Positions 1 to 13,218 are shown, counted from the first letter of the stretch. The stretch: 64,000 bases of DNA from Octopus vulgaris (GCA_951406725.2 OX597815.1:195858001-195922000); one strand, 5' to 3'. Made by a program: numbers and translations. The notes: generated by a model not told the origin, from the sequence alone.

Positions 1-511
1 AGCGCAAAGGAGTTTATTCAGTGATGCTACCGCCTCCAACAGAATACAAGCAAGTATATAAAGTATGCTAAAGCATAATATCTCTCTTTGACCTCTGTAC
101 CTGCACTTGCAAGCGTTTACCCTGCAACGGACTACACTATCCAGCAACCTTTTCAAATGGCAGACAGACTAACAGACAGATAGAAATTTGAAAAAGAAAC
201 ATATTTTTACGATCAAAGTCATATGCTCACGTGTATGTACATCAAAAGCTTAGAGATGAAGAAAAATAGTAAGAGAGAGAGAGAGCGGGGGGGGGAGTTA
301 AGAATATATATTCCACCCCAAGCTGTTTAAAGCATAAGATAATTCTCGAAGATGTCGATTCTCAAGCTGGTTATCATTCTTTCAAGTGTAACGTTTATAT
401 ACACAGCTTCCGCTGAGACCAGTGGTGTCTCTACTCCGCGTTGGACCCTAGAATATGATGTGTTAACATATTCATCCCTTTATGTATAACATATTTGTAC
501 ATAGATGTGTG

Positions 512-593
<82 letters not shown>

Positions 594-594
<1 letters not shown>

Positions 595-738
595 TCTTTT
601 ATTTTATTATTTTATTCTTTTAATTGTTGTCGTCATTTGACTGCAGCCATGCTGTAGCACCGCCTTTAATCAAACAAATAACCTCCAAGACTTATTTATT
701 CTTTGTAAGTCTAGTACTTATTCTATAGGACACTTTTG

Positions 739-740
<2 letters not shown>
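594..740 (-). mobile_element. SINE family A, 3' fragment
   Basis: Matches the reverse complement of the tail of the full copy at 6582-6997 (catttgactgcagccatgctg...); flanked by (TA)n. Confidence 0.8.
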
Positions 741-777
<37 letters not shown>

Positions 778-1007
778 TTTTGAACTTCTTTCCTTTAACA
801 CCTCCCTGAAATGAGACGTTGTTTCATCCTACGATGGAATCAATCTACAAATATTATTTTGGACAACCGAGCAGCAAGAAACGGTTGCTTCATTTGTAAT
901 AGTTTCCTTTAACCCTTTAATTTCCTATATTCATATGTATTCTGTGTAAATCGGACCTGTTTCTATGTAAACATGTATACATTTTTTGTGTTCCATGTAT
1001 TTAATAT

Positions 1008-1255
1008 ACAGTGGCAGTAGTGTCGTTCGACGTGCTCACTTTAGTTTCAGTAGCAGGTGTTCATGTGGGAGTAATTGTTTTACGTCTTGGGCCTGCTTCG
1101 GTATTATCTACACACATGGGGTTTTCATTAAGTTTCAAAATATATTTGGAAATGAAAGAGTAAATGACTCGATCGGTTACTTTGCTGCATTAATTACAAA
1201 TACTAGCAAATATATTTTGAATATATAATGATCTGTCTAATTCGCTTGTCCCTAC

Positions 1256-1325
<70 letters not shown>

Positions 1326-2231
1326 AGAATTCACAAAAATACAAAAGAAGACAAGTCGTGTAGACAACAAACAGATGTATTAGTATAACGCTCGGGAATT
1401 GAAAAGTCTACGCTCTTCCACAGAAAGGAACACAGAAAGAAACAAGGAGAGGAACAAAGAGAGAAAAAATGTGTGCAGTGGCTAGCGATCAATCATGGCG
1501 AATGCGGGACGGAAGGGTCACACGGGAGAGCTAAGGAGAAGGGGAGATAACAAAGTAGTAGTGATATATACATCAGAGATTTACGGTACGTAACTCATCG
1601 ATTAAAGTATTTTGAGAATTTCCTTGTTGTAAAAGAGTCATAATGCAGTGAATATATGAGAGAAAACGATTGGAAAAGTGAGGGCAATAATTGGGTGAAA
1701 TGTAGGCGAGGTGAGGTTGTCACAAAAGTAAATTCCTGTCATGCAGTTTGGTTTGTTTTTTTCCGTTTCCTTTAAATTTTATGGGAATAAATTTACCGAA
1801 TGGTACTATCAGTAAAGTGATATAGGCGTTTGTTGCATCTTACCTAGTACACTCCTTATAAACTTAGATATGTATGTGTAACGAAGAGAATAGTTTGTTG
1901 GACACGAGTTGTTAGTTTCGGGGAGTTGTTTCCAGGCAAGTGCTCAACGTAAATAGGGTACAGAATGAACAAGAATTCTGTCTGATCCCTCCTTGTGAAA
2001 GGTTTATCGAATAACAGTGGCAGTAGTGTCGTTCGACGTGCTCACTTTAGTTTCAGTAGCAGGTGTTCATGTGGGAGTAATTGTTTTACGTCTTGGGCCT
2101 GCTTCGGCATTATCTATACACATGGGGTTTTCATTAAGTTTCAAAATATATTTGGAAATGAAAGAGTAAATGACTCGATCGGTTACTTTGCTGCATTAAT
2201 TACAAATACTAGCAAATATATTTTGAATATA
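1008..2231. repeat. 218-bp direct duplication (1008-1225 and 2014-2231)
   Basis: About 2 mismatches between copies; explains the near-identical ORFs 986..1228 and 1995..2315. Confidence 0.95.
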
Positions 2232-2400
2232 GTTTTGCCTGATACAGCGAGGAGCACTGTTTTAAAGTACGGATCATTTTCTCATAGGATGATGTGTCGA
2301 TACCAACTTCTCTAAAGTTCAGTACAAATTCAAAAGTTGGGAGTCCTCTTATTTCTTCGGAATGTTCAATAGTAAAACCGATATTACTGTTTGTATCCAA
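1323..2400 (-). mobile_element. Probable decayed Penelope-like element end (hammerhead family 2 tail, core partly deleted)
   Basis: 1323-1470 is the reverse complement of the 4456-4651 repeat. The motif ctttctgtggaagagcgtag lacks the GCTCGAAACGTA segment. It ends at (TA)n. The extent towards 2400 is uncertain. Confidence 0.5.
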
Positions 2401-2927
2401 AACTGTGTTTATTGTAGCGCAACAAGATGTGAGAACAAGTATGTCATAAAAAGTCTGTAAATTAAAATTCTTTTAATCTGATGTGTACAGACACACATTT
2501 TCTGTCTACAGTTCCCCCTCCAGCTGTATCAACATACTCAAGACTATGATGCCATGGAATACGACAACTTGACTGGCAAGTTGTTGACTACTGTTCGAAT
2601 CTATTCACAAAGCATTGGCCAACCTGAGTCTGTTAGGAAACATTCTAGTAATTGTTGCACTATTCTTATAGAATCCGAGCTAAGTTGATGAAAATTAAAT
2701 TTGTAATTTAAACAGCTATACGTCTGCAACATTTTGAAAATTTATAACTTCTTATGATTTATAACAATTTTATCAATTTTTGAACCTGTGACCGAGAGAA
2801 ATCTAATTGTACGCATTAGAAAAAATGGCAGCACAAGCCAGATTGGAGTAGTCACATGGTCACTCTGTGTATGACAAGAATCAACTATGTCATCCTTAAA
2901 TCACATGAATAACCTTCTTAAAATCAA

Positions 2928-3163
2928 GGCGGTGAGCTGACAGAAACGTTTGTACGCGGGCAAAATGCTCTGCCGTATTTCGTCTGCCGTTACGTTCAGA
3001 GTTCAAATTCCGCCGAGGTTGACTTTGCTTTTAATCCTTTCGGGATCGATTAAATAAGTACCAGTTACGCACTGGGGTCGATGTAATCGACTTACTCCGT
3101 TTGTCTGTCCTTGTTTGTCCCCTCTGTGTGTAGCCCTTTGTGGGTAGTAAAGAAATAGAAATA
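2928..3163 (+). mobile_element. SINE family B (tRNA-like head), full copy
   Basis: Head ggcggtgagctgacagaaacg, B-box gagttcaaattc, tail aaagaaatag; approximate TSD aataac.ttcttaaaat. Confidence 0.9.
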
Positions 3164-3706
3164 GAATAACATTCTTAAAATTTGGCTGCATTGATTAATA
3201 GTTGAAATGTGTATAATTATATAAATACTCGATCAAATCTGGCCTACAGCTAGGCGACTACCACTATAACTCTCCATGACAACATATTAATAAAGATACA
3301 CTAAACAAAACTAGATAAAAAAATATTATTTGATATAACAACTACCTTCTGATAAACGAATCTAAATAAAAATATGAAGAAATGAAAATCTATAAGATTC
3401 ATTATCGAAGCCATATTAAAAGGAAAATATGATGAAAATCTCAAAAGACCGATAGTGCATTCCAGAAAGAAATTAATTCTAGAGACGATCGCAAATATAA
3501 TACTTGATTACAAAAATAAACCTCAGGGTATATGAAGTCCGGAGATAGTGAATAAAAAAGAGACAATATTACATTCCCGTGAGTCTCGCCTGCAATAGAA
3601 ACGACAATAGCCAACGCCATTAATATTGTTCCTTCCAGGAACTTTAATGTTCCAAGCAAGTATAAATGACAAGCAAAGCAATTATGACCAAGTCCTCAAT
3701 AAAAGA

Positions 3707-3770
<64 letters not shown>

Positions 3771-3856
3771 TGTTATAGTTAAAACATGTTGAGTCACGTA
3801 GAAGTTACTTACACAAATACACACGTATATATGCGTGTGTATGCGGGGAGTGTACA

Positions 3857-4396
3857 TCTATTATATAAAATCCGTTCTGTCTGTCTATGTGTCTTCTATG
3901 ATCTCGGGCATTCTCCATCGGATTGCGTTGAAATTTGATTTGTAGACAGCGACGGTATCAGGGCGTCTATAAGTCTCGAAAAAAATACAAAATCGATTCC
4001 AGGTGAGAAAACAATCTATAAAGCCGTGTGAACATGCATTTGTACGCGCAAGGACATCAGCTGTTGCGATTGATACTACGCGTACGCGAAAAAATGCACG
4101 TGCAGTTTGCGCAAAAAAAAGGAGGCTGGCTTGAAATAATGCCACCAAATGCAGTATATATAAGAGACCAAAAAATTAAGATGCAAAATAGATATTTTCT
4201 TCAAACTTGGCATGAAGGGAGAAAAGACTTTGGTTTCTCAAGAATTTTTTTTTGCCTTAACTTCGTTTCAGAAAACCAAATGTTTTATTGAAATAAAGGC
4301 ATGCTTAATTATTTTTGAATGAAAAGAAAACACTGATTGCTTTTTATTCAGCAGATATGATTCAGCACCGTCCATTGGACGGGGGGCGTTTTGCTC

Positions 4397-4397
<1 letters not shown>
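3857..4397 (+). mobile_element. Non-autonomous Helitron-like element, family H1
   Basis: A|TC start, subterminal hairpin ccgtcca-t-tggacgg, ends CTCG|T. Shares about 170 bp of 5' sequence and the 3' end with 44504-45030. Confidence 0.75.
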
Positions 4398-4455
<58 letters not shown>

Positions 4456-4458
<3 letters not shown>

Positions 4459-4651
4459 TCTTTTTTCTCTTCTTTTTTATCTCCTGGTTTCTATCCTTGT
4501 TTTTTCTGTATCCCTTTCTGTAGAAGAGCGTAGGCTCGAAACGTAAAAGACTTTTTTCTATTCCTGAGCGTTATACTAATACATCTGCTTGTTTTGTAAA
4601 CTACCTGTCTTCGTCTTTTGTTTTTTGTTTTTTTTTTTCGTAAACTCTGCC
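4456..4651 (+). mobile_element. Short PLE-tail-like repeat carrying a hammerhead-like motif
   Basis: Homologous to 1323-1470 (-) and about 18860-18990 (+); (TA)n on both sides. Confidence 0.65.
4514..4549 (+). ncRNA. Minimal type I hammerhead-like motif (family 2, non-canonical position 6)
   Basis: cttt-CTGTAGA-a-gagc(gtag)gctc-GAAA-cg-TA-aaag: stem I cttt/aaag, stem II gagc/gctc, palindromic ACGT in place of stem III. Confidence 0.65.
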
Positions 4652-5213
4652 TATATATATATATATATATCCACTGCTTCAAACATTCATACGATTCAGA
4701 TCTACTGGAGTGACCATCGCATAAATAAACATGATCTAGCAGCAGCTATATAGCCGCACGTCATCAGGTGTGTGGCTTTGAAAGCACTACTGTATCACGT
4801 CTAGTTTCACATTGTTTATACAATATATACAATAACTTACGAGTTATTATTTGAAAAGCGTCGCTTAATAATAGTACTGATATGCTTCAGCATATAAAAT
4901 CGTGGGCAACGCTTATTAACAAACTAAATCCCTATAACAACTATGCTAATAAATGCAACTGAAAACAATATTGTTTATTATTGATGATATTGCTCAAAAG
5001 TGCATGCTAGCTATTATTTCTAACTGCAAAACACTTATAAGCCGGTAACGATGGAGGTAAACGAACTGATATGTTAACCGATTTGTTTTATATAGAATAC
5101 CGTGTGAGCTACCCATGATGGGAAGAGCTGTTTGCATTGTCGCATGTTTGCTAAATGCTTTATGTAAATATATTATTAACCCATTCGTAAGCACATATGC
5201 AAACATTCATACA

Positions 5214-5246
<33 letters not shown>

Positions 5247-5343
5247 GTGGGGAGACAGAGTGTATGTGTCTGTGCGTGTGTGTGTGACAGGGAGATAGAG
5301 AAATAGAGAGAACGAGACAGAGATATGTATGTGTACATTCAAA

Positions 5344-5547
5344 TACTCTTTACTCTTTTACTTGTTTCAGTCATTTCACTGCGGCCATGCTAGAGCGCTG
5401 CCTTTGGTCGTGCAAATCGACCCCAGGACTTATTCTTTGTAAGCCTAGTACTTATTCTATCGGTCTCTTTTGCCGAACAGCTAAGTTACGGGGACGTAAA
5501 CACACCAGCATCGGTTGTCATGTGATGTTGAGGGGACAAACACAGAC

Positions 5548-5624
<77 letters not shown>

Positions 5625-5786
5625 CGACGGGCTTCTTTCAGTTTTCGTCTACCAAATCCACTCACAAGGCTTTGGTCGGCCCGAGGCTATAGTAGAAGAC
5701 ACTTGTCCAAGGTACCACGCAGTGGGACTAAACCCAGAACCATGTGGTTGGTAAACAAGCGACTTACCACACAGCCACTCCTACGC
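5344..5786 (-). mobile_element. SINE family A, full copy
   Basis: tRNA-like head, internal (CA)/(TA) microsatellite, (gtaaaaga)n tail. Confidence 0.92.
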
Positions 5787-6581
5787 TATATATGTATGTG
5801 TCAGGTCACTAGTGAAGCCGCTCATGAGTGCTACAGGTAATATGGAATCCAGTACAATTTATTGAATGGTCAGGGTATCAGTGACTAAACCGGCATCCTC
5901 ACTATCTTTGCGTGGGAGGAGAGTTGCTGGGAACCCAGAAGGAATATAAACAAGGCCCGTCAAAAATATGGGTAAACCTATTTCTTTCATTGGCTATCTA
6001 GAAATATCATGGGCTCTCAGAAATTCAGTGTTAGTGATCGATGTGCTGGAAGACCTGTGGGAGTGAGGTATCACTCAGCTTTTGTTAAAGCATGTTTATG
6101 AGAAGCTCACTTAGATATAAAGATATTCAGGAAGTGACACTGGATATTTCAGGTATATTTTACATGCGCTCGAGATCAGGGCGTTCCTACATTCCTGGAA
6201 ATACGACTCATATTGACACTGCATATCTTCCACTAGCATGTCTGTGGATCATGTGAATAAAGAGGCAAGGATCTGTGAGGTGTTGTGCCACCTTTATTGG
6301 ACCTAGAAGTGCAGTCTGGCGAACACCAGCATGGAAAGTTTCCGATTCCTAGTTGATTACGAGGGGTCGCGGAAAGCATGGTAGTCGCAGGCTCGAAGCT
6401 AGAGGAAGCCGGCCGCTGCTGCAATGAACTCATGCACGGGCATCGCTGACGTTTCTTGGGCAATGGTCAGTGGTAGTCTTCGTAAGTCACATGCGGACAC
6501 GCATCATGTACATATACATACATACTGATCGGACATGAGCGGAACGTTAAATTATATATATGTGCGCAGGAGTACTCCTGT

Positions 6582-6997
6582 AGGCGCAGGAGTGGCTGTG
6601 TGGTAAGTAGCTTGCTAACCAACCACATGGTTCCGGGTTCAGTCCCACTGCGTGTCATCTTGGGCGAGTGTCTTCTGCTATAGCCCCGGGCCGACCAATG
6701 CCTTGTGAGTGGATTTGGTGGACGGAAAGAAGCCTGTCGTATATATGTCGTATATATATATATGTATGTGTGTGTGCGTTTGTGTGTCTGTGTTTGTCCC
6801 CCTAGCATTGCTTGACAACCGATGCTGGTGTGTTTACGTCCCCGTCACTTAGCGGTTCGGCAAAAAGAGACCGATAGAATAAGTACTGGGCTTACAAAAG
6901 AATAAGTCCCGGGGTCGATTTGCTCGACTAAAGGCGGTGCTCCAGCATGGCCGCAGTCAAATGACTGAAACAAGTAAAAGAGTAAAAGAGTAAAGAG
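6582..6997 (+). mobile_element. SINE family A, full copy
   Basis: A-box-like tggctgtgtgg, B-box-like ggttcagtccc, CORE-like cttgggcgagtg, internal microsatellite, LINE-like 3' stem-loop at 6933-6971. Confidence 0.93.
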
Positions 6998-7000
6998 AGA

Positions 7001-7034
<34 letters not shown>

Positions 7035-7169
7035 AAATATGTCTGTATGTATGTGTGTATTTATAACTATAAACTGTGAAGACTGACGTTTCTCACGATT
7101 TGGATCTCGAAGTGCAAAAAGTTAATCTTCACTCTGGTATAACACCACAAAAACAATTTCTTTGTGTAT

Positions 7170-7405
7170 ACCTATTTCTTTACTACCCACAAGGGGCTAA
7201 ACAGAGAGAGGACAAACAAGGACAGACATAGGTATTAAGTCGATTACATCGATCCCAGTGCGTAACTAGTACTTATTTAATCGACCCCCGAAAGGATGAA
7301 TGGCAAAGTCGACCTCGACGGAATTTGAACTCAGAACGTAACGGCAGACGAAATACGGCTACGTATTTCGCCCGGCATGCTAACGTTTCTGCCAGCTTGC
7401 CGCCT
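7170..7405 (-). mobile_element. SINE family B
   Basis: Reverse complement of family B; flanking tctttgtgtatac / ttctttgtgtatac resemble a TSD. Confidence 0.9.
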
Positions 7406-7663
7406 TTTCTTTGTGTATACAGTTAGCGGATTCAATTCAGACATGCCTGCTGCAATTATTTCTCCCACTAGGTTAAAAAAAAGTGGACTGAAGTTACTTG
7501 CGAAGATTCAGCACACGATAGATTATTCCACTCCACGTAGAGAGTGGTGTCGGCTCTCTCTCTAAATCTCTCCAATTTTAGCTCTCTTTGCATGTACATG
7601 CATTGATGTAACACATCGCTATGTCATCGGAGAGAAGCCTATCCAAGTTCGTTTTACATCATT

Positions 7664-7931
7664 TACATTATTTATATTTGACGGATAGAGCATGGGCTGC
7701 TAATCCCAAGATTCCGATTTCGATTCCAAGTTGTGCGTTGAATAATAATAATAACATCGAAAAATGCATTAGGAATTAGAACCCAGGTTCGAAATTTTTC
7801 CAAGACACTCGATGAAAACTGGAGGGGTATATCTGCCGAAACGTTGTGTTAATAACAAACAAGACGAAGACAAATATCCGTTAAATGTAAATAATATACA
7901 TAATTCCTCCTCTCTTTAATAACGAACTGTA
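7664..7931 (+). mobile_element. tRNA-headed hammerhead-bearing SINE-like element, copy 1 (5'-truncated, inverted tail piece at 5' end)
   Basis: Colinear with 20818-21111: tRNA-like 3' half, (AAT)n, decayed hammerhead at 7804-7850, shared tail. Confidence 0.7.
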
Positions 7932-8589
7932 TCAAGTTGGTTTTGACTCTCTTTGCACTGACTTCAAACCCGGCCGAGGTAAGAGTTTAATTTATAAATA
8001 TAGCACGACTATAAAGAACATTTTTTTTCTGTCTCACTCTCCCTTCTGTGTTTACCTGTATACATTTTTCTTGAAGGAATTTGCTGCGGCCACACCTACA
8101 ACTGGATGGACTCTCCTAGGTTTGAATGACTAATTTACGATGTGGGTGAAAATGGCGCCTCTATGGCTGCATCTATGTAGCGTTTTCATTATTCATAATG
8201 ATCATTGCTTAGATCTTACGGCACCTCTATCTAGATTCATACAAAAGAAATCAATGCAATCACAATTCTATTTCATTCAAGGAATATATTTTGTTTGCTT
8301 TTTTTTCAAATAGTTAAATGAAAGAGGAAGTCGTGACCCGTAAAACTTTGTACAGGTAGTTTTTGTTAGTAGCGGAAGCATTATATTCTCTATTTGAATA
8401 AATTGAAAATGTATCATGCTGTGAGAGATGAAAATACACTGTGTTAATGTAGAACGGGGTTTCAAAGTTGGTTCTTTTTGAAACAGATTTTTTCAAGATA
8501 TGGAGTGGAATTTAAAAAAATAAATCACACACAAACACACACACCACACACATATATATAGAGGGAGAGTCAGGCGTGACTGTGTGGAG

Positions 8590-9060
8590 ATTTTTTCGTT
8601 TTGATTAGGGCAACTGTTGTTATTGTGTATAACACACGTGCTTTTTGGCTATCTTTACGGTGCCACGTTTTCCCTGTTGTTTAATGTAGGGACGTTGTGT
8701 AATGAATTGTAAAAATTTAAGTTATTCTTCTTTAGACTTTATGTCGTCTGAGAAAAATATGGTAAAATGCTTAAAAAGAACTGACAAGGAAATGGAAAGA
8801 AAGAATTATGCTGCAGTCAGAAAAGGAAAAGTGGAAGACATAAGTCTAGAAGAATTGAGCAAGTTTAAGGAAATACTTGAAAGGGAGGGGAACGATGTTA
8901 AAGTGTTCCCCACAAAGAAGTTTTAAAGGATAAGACCGAGAGGACGATTGCTTCCAGGACATACGCGGTGGCAACAAGAAAAATAGAAGTTGAAAAGGCG
9001 TTGGGGCCAATCTGACGAGATAGCCTACCTAGCCAGGGGAAGAAAATATGGTATGGACAT
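8590..9060 (+). mobile_element. Possible 5' fragment (ORF1-like) of an L1/Tx1-type LINE
   Basis: ORF 8702..8926 plus a frameshifted continuation (RTIASRTY...EKAL...[13 protein letters not shown]) resembling LINE ORF1; recognised from memory only. Confidence 0.35.
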
Positions 9061-9158
9061 GGATTAGAAGAAGAAGAATGATAAATGAATGAATTACGAA
9101 TATATAGTGCGTGTGTTTATTTGGGGGAAAAAAAGAAATGACCATCCTGAAATACAAA

Positions 9159-9687
<529 letters not shown>

Positions 9688-11295
9688 ATAAAGGCAAGAA
9701 GAAAATTTTTTTCTTTGCTAATATGCTGAATAATAGACGTTAAATCGTCTAACCACGTAAAATATTTGCACTTGTATTATTACACCACGGGGATGACTAT
9801 ATTTTTATGAATTTCTGTTAGCTTGAGTTCCTCGTTTCGGCACGTGGTGCTCCAGTACAAGTCGAAATATTTTATGTGGTCAGAAGATTTAGTCTCTATT
9901 TTTCAGCATATCAGCCAAGAAATTTTGTTTATTTTTGCTCTTATTTTATAATTGTATGTATAATTTTCACCGTAAAAGGTATTTTTCATATGCTGGCCAC
10001 TGACAAAACATTTTAATAAAATTTTATCCTTATATTAGACGTGTATACACACACACACACACACACACACACAGGGGTAGTTAGATATAATGACAGAAAT
10101 ATACACTTGCATAATACCCACAGACATGTGTGTGCGTATGAGTGTAAATTATATCCTTGCATACACATAGATATTTATATGGAAATCTGTATGCATCTAT
10201 GCATTGATGTATTTCTACGTATTAACTGTTGCGTTTATGCGTTGGGTCTAAAGTTAGCGACTGCATATGAGTGCATAATTGCAGGCTATACTGGAGGAAG
10301 TGCTAATTGCTGATATAACTTAATACATGGTAATTAGAAATAGCTGTTTCTACTCGGGGTTTATACTATGCATTTTATGCAGTAAAGGACCTAGTTTGTC
10401 GGTCGATTAAATATAAAAGCAGCTGTGTTTGTTTTTTTAGTTTTGTTAACTTTTTCATTTTTGCACACAGCTCAATTAAGAGTAACAAAGAGCGAAGAGT
10501 TTGTTGACATTTTCTGTCTGTCTGTCTGCTGGAGTGGGTACGTTTAAGGTTTAACTTTTTTTATGGTGATACCTCAAAAAAAACAAAAAAAAAACAGGAT
10601 GGTGGTGCAAGAAGGGAGTTCTCGAAGCTTACAATATAATGAAGGGGAGGTGTGGTGAATTATTATGGTGGCGTCTTGCGTTGAAAGAAAGAGAAAAGGG
10701 GTGAAAGAGTTTTGCATCTAGTAGGCTTCAGCGACGATGTTTTATACAGAACAGCTTGCTAATTCAGTGTCAACGACCGAAGCTGTTACTTTACAACGAA
10801 TGGGATAGGGTAGGGGGAGAGAAAGTATGGGGAGAAGTTGTATGCGACGAGAGGAATATACAGAAAACCGGTTAGTATATCTAAAAATGATTATCAATTT
10901 GCTTTTTTAGCTTTTATTTTTTTAAATAAAATTTCATATGTCTACCAGTGTAGCTGTACTTTTTTGAATATGGGGGTTGTGTTCATAAGGGGGGAATTCC
11001 TAATGTGACTCGACAAACATTCGCAGTTAATTTTTTTTATTTACTATCTACAATATCGAGGTCGGGCTTTATGTAGGTAAGCAAGAAATTTGTATTCATT
11101 GAAATCCCACTAAAAATACAAATAAAATCTCTTAATAACTAAATCTGGTCTTGAAAAGCATAGGCAGACAATCTCGATTTGGAATTATGAATTATAGAAT
11201 AAAAACCTAAAAATTCTGAACACTTTATATGATATTCGTAATCCGTAAAATTCAGGGGGTGTTCAGTGTATCTGTATTGCTTCTGTAAAATTTGT

Positions 11296-11337
<42 letters not shown>

Positions 11338-11340
<3 letters not shown>

Positions 11341-11613
11341 TACAAAATTAGAAAATGGAGAAACATACTTAAATCAATAAAACATTTATTTATTTATTTA
11401 TTGATTTAAGTATGTTTCTCCATTTTCTAATTTTGTAGTATTAATTTACGGTAATATTATTACCTTTGCCCATATAATACAATAGATGAACTGATTGTTT
11501 GGCAATTTTTAACATCTATGTATTAGTCTTGTTGGGTACCTATCTAGCAGTATATTGGATATATGTTATCCCATGGTGGGTTGAATTTTCAACCCCTATC
11601 TCATTTTATAACC
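11338..11613. repeat. Fold-back element in (TA)n with a perfect 44-bp inverted repeat
   Basis: Arms 11338-11381 and 11397-11440, 15-nt spacer, then about 170 bp unique body; TA-rich repeats on both sides. Confidence 0.9.
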
Positions 11614-11799
11614 TATATATATATATATTTTTTTATATTTATATGTATGTGTATATATATGTATGTATATATATATGCATATATATAAATATATATATAT
11701 ATATATATTTTATATACATGCATATATATATTTATATATATGTATGTATGTATATGTATGTATATATATATATATATATGTATGCATATATATATATGA

Positions 11800-11857
<58 letters not shown>

Positions 11858-11981
11858 CATCTAGTAGGCTTCAGCGACGATGTTATACAGAACAGCTTGC
11901 TAGTTCAGTGTCAATATATATATGTACAGTGAATCATATTATCCGATAAAGAGGTACAGTCTAAAATTTACAGCAGTAATG

Positions 11982-12036
<55 letters not shown>

Positions 12037-12340
12037 TAGTAGCCAAAATTAGACAAAATTTGAAGATAGCTACATTTTAACTTCATCTTTACGAATGGAA
12101 TTTTTACTGCCTTTTCTTTAGAGAACGTATGGTGTAAAATCCAAAGAATAAAATCTGGCATCTCTCTGACCGATGCAAACTAAGTTGACCTAACAGTGCG
12201 AAGATTTATATCGAACAGCAGTGAATTAACAACCATGGAAAACGGACGTAAAATTAATGAAACCACCAGGAAGCGAGTGATCACATTAAAAAAAAGAAAG
12301 AATGGCAGTTTCTGATATCACAAGCAGTAATTCATATTCA

Positions 12341-12757
12341 TTCTTTTCTTTTTTTCTTTTTACTTGTTTCAGTCATTTTGACTGCGGCCATGCTGGAGCA
12401 CCGCCTTTAATCGAGCAACCCCGGGACTTATTCTTTGTAAGCCCAGTACTTACTATCGGTCTCTTTTGCAGAACCGCTAAGTGACGGGGACATAAACACA
12501 CCAGCATCGGTTGTCAAGTGATGTTGGGGTGACAAACACAGACACATAAACACATACGCACACACACACATATATATATATATACATATATACGACGGGC
12601 TTCTTTCAGTTTCCGTCTACCAAATCCACTCACAAGGCATTGGTCGGCCCGATGCTATAGTAGAAGACACATGCCCAAGGTGCCACGCAGTGGGACTGAA
12701 CCCGGAACCGTGTGGCTGGTAAACAAGCTACTTACCACACAGCCACTCCTGCGCCTA
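12341..12757 (-). mobile_element. SINE family A, full copy
   Basis: Colinear with other family A copies. Confidence 0.92.
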
Positions 12758-13218
12758 TGTATCTGAATATACATACGTGTGCGTGTTTGTTTGTCTATAT
12801 GTGTGTGAACAATGTGTATGAGTGTGTATGCAAAGTTTGAATGTATGTAAAATGTATGTGTTAGCATTTAGTTGTGTTCTCATGTCATTCTCGCTTGTAC
12901 AAATATCGCTTTTACACATGAAACTCTCAAAGAAATATCGCATATTCAAAATTACCAATTTATCATTTCTCAAGTAATTATATTTTTCAGTTTCAGTAAC
13001 ATGATCTCATACACGTCACTCTTCTCTATTGCAAAGCCCACATTTTCTGACCTATTCGCATGAGGTCTTCAGATGTCAATGAAGCTGTGACTAATGTTTT
13101 AGTCGGTGTTATGTACGAGACTCACAGATGAAGAGTCTCACATGGAATGTGACCAAATGAGGTTTATTTTTGCAGCCCAAATATTTCTCTTATCGGTATT
13201 GCAGCGAGCTGGCATGAA

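Noticed and set aside
6240-6520. GC-richer stretch with faint tyrosine-recombinase-like words (LGQWS)
   Set aside because: Motif spacing is wrong and the catalytic HxxR is absent.
6582-6660. tRNA-like sequences at SINE heads (also 15520-15588, 26023-26095, 20818-20890)
   Set aside because: They have no complete cloverleaf and continue into repeat bodies, so they are SINE heads, not tRNA genes.
9825-9860. gcac-cac-gtgcc-GAAAcg on the minus strand, hammerhead-like
   Set aside because: There is no CUGANGA box, cleavage triplet or stem I.
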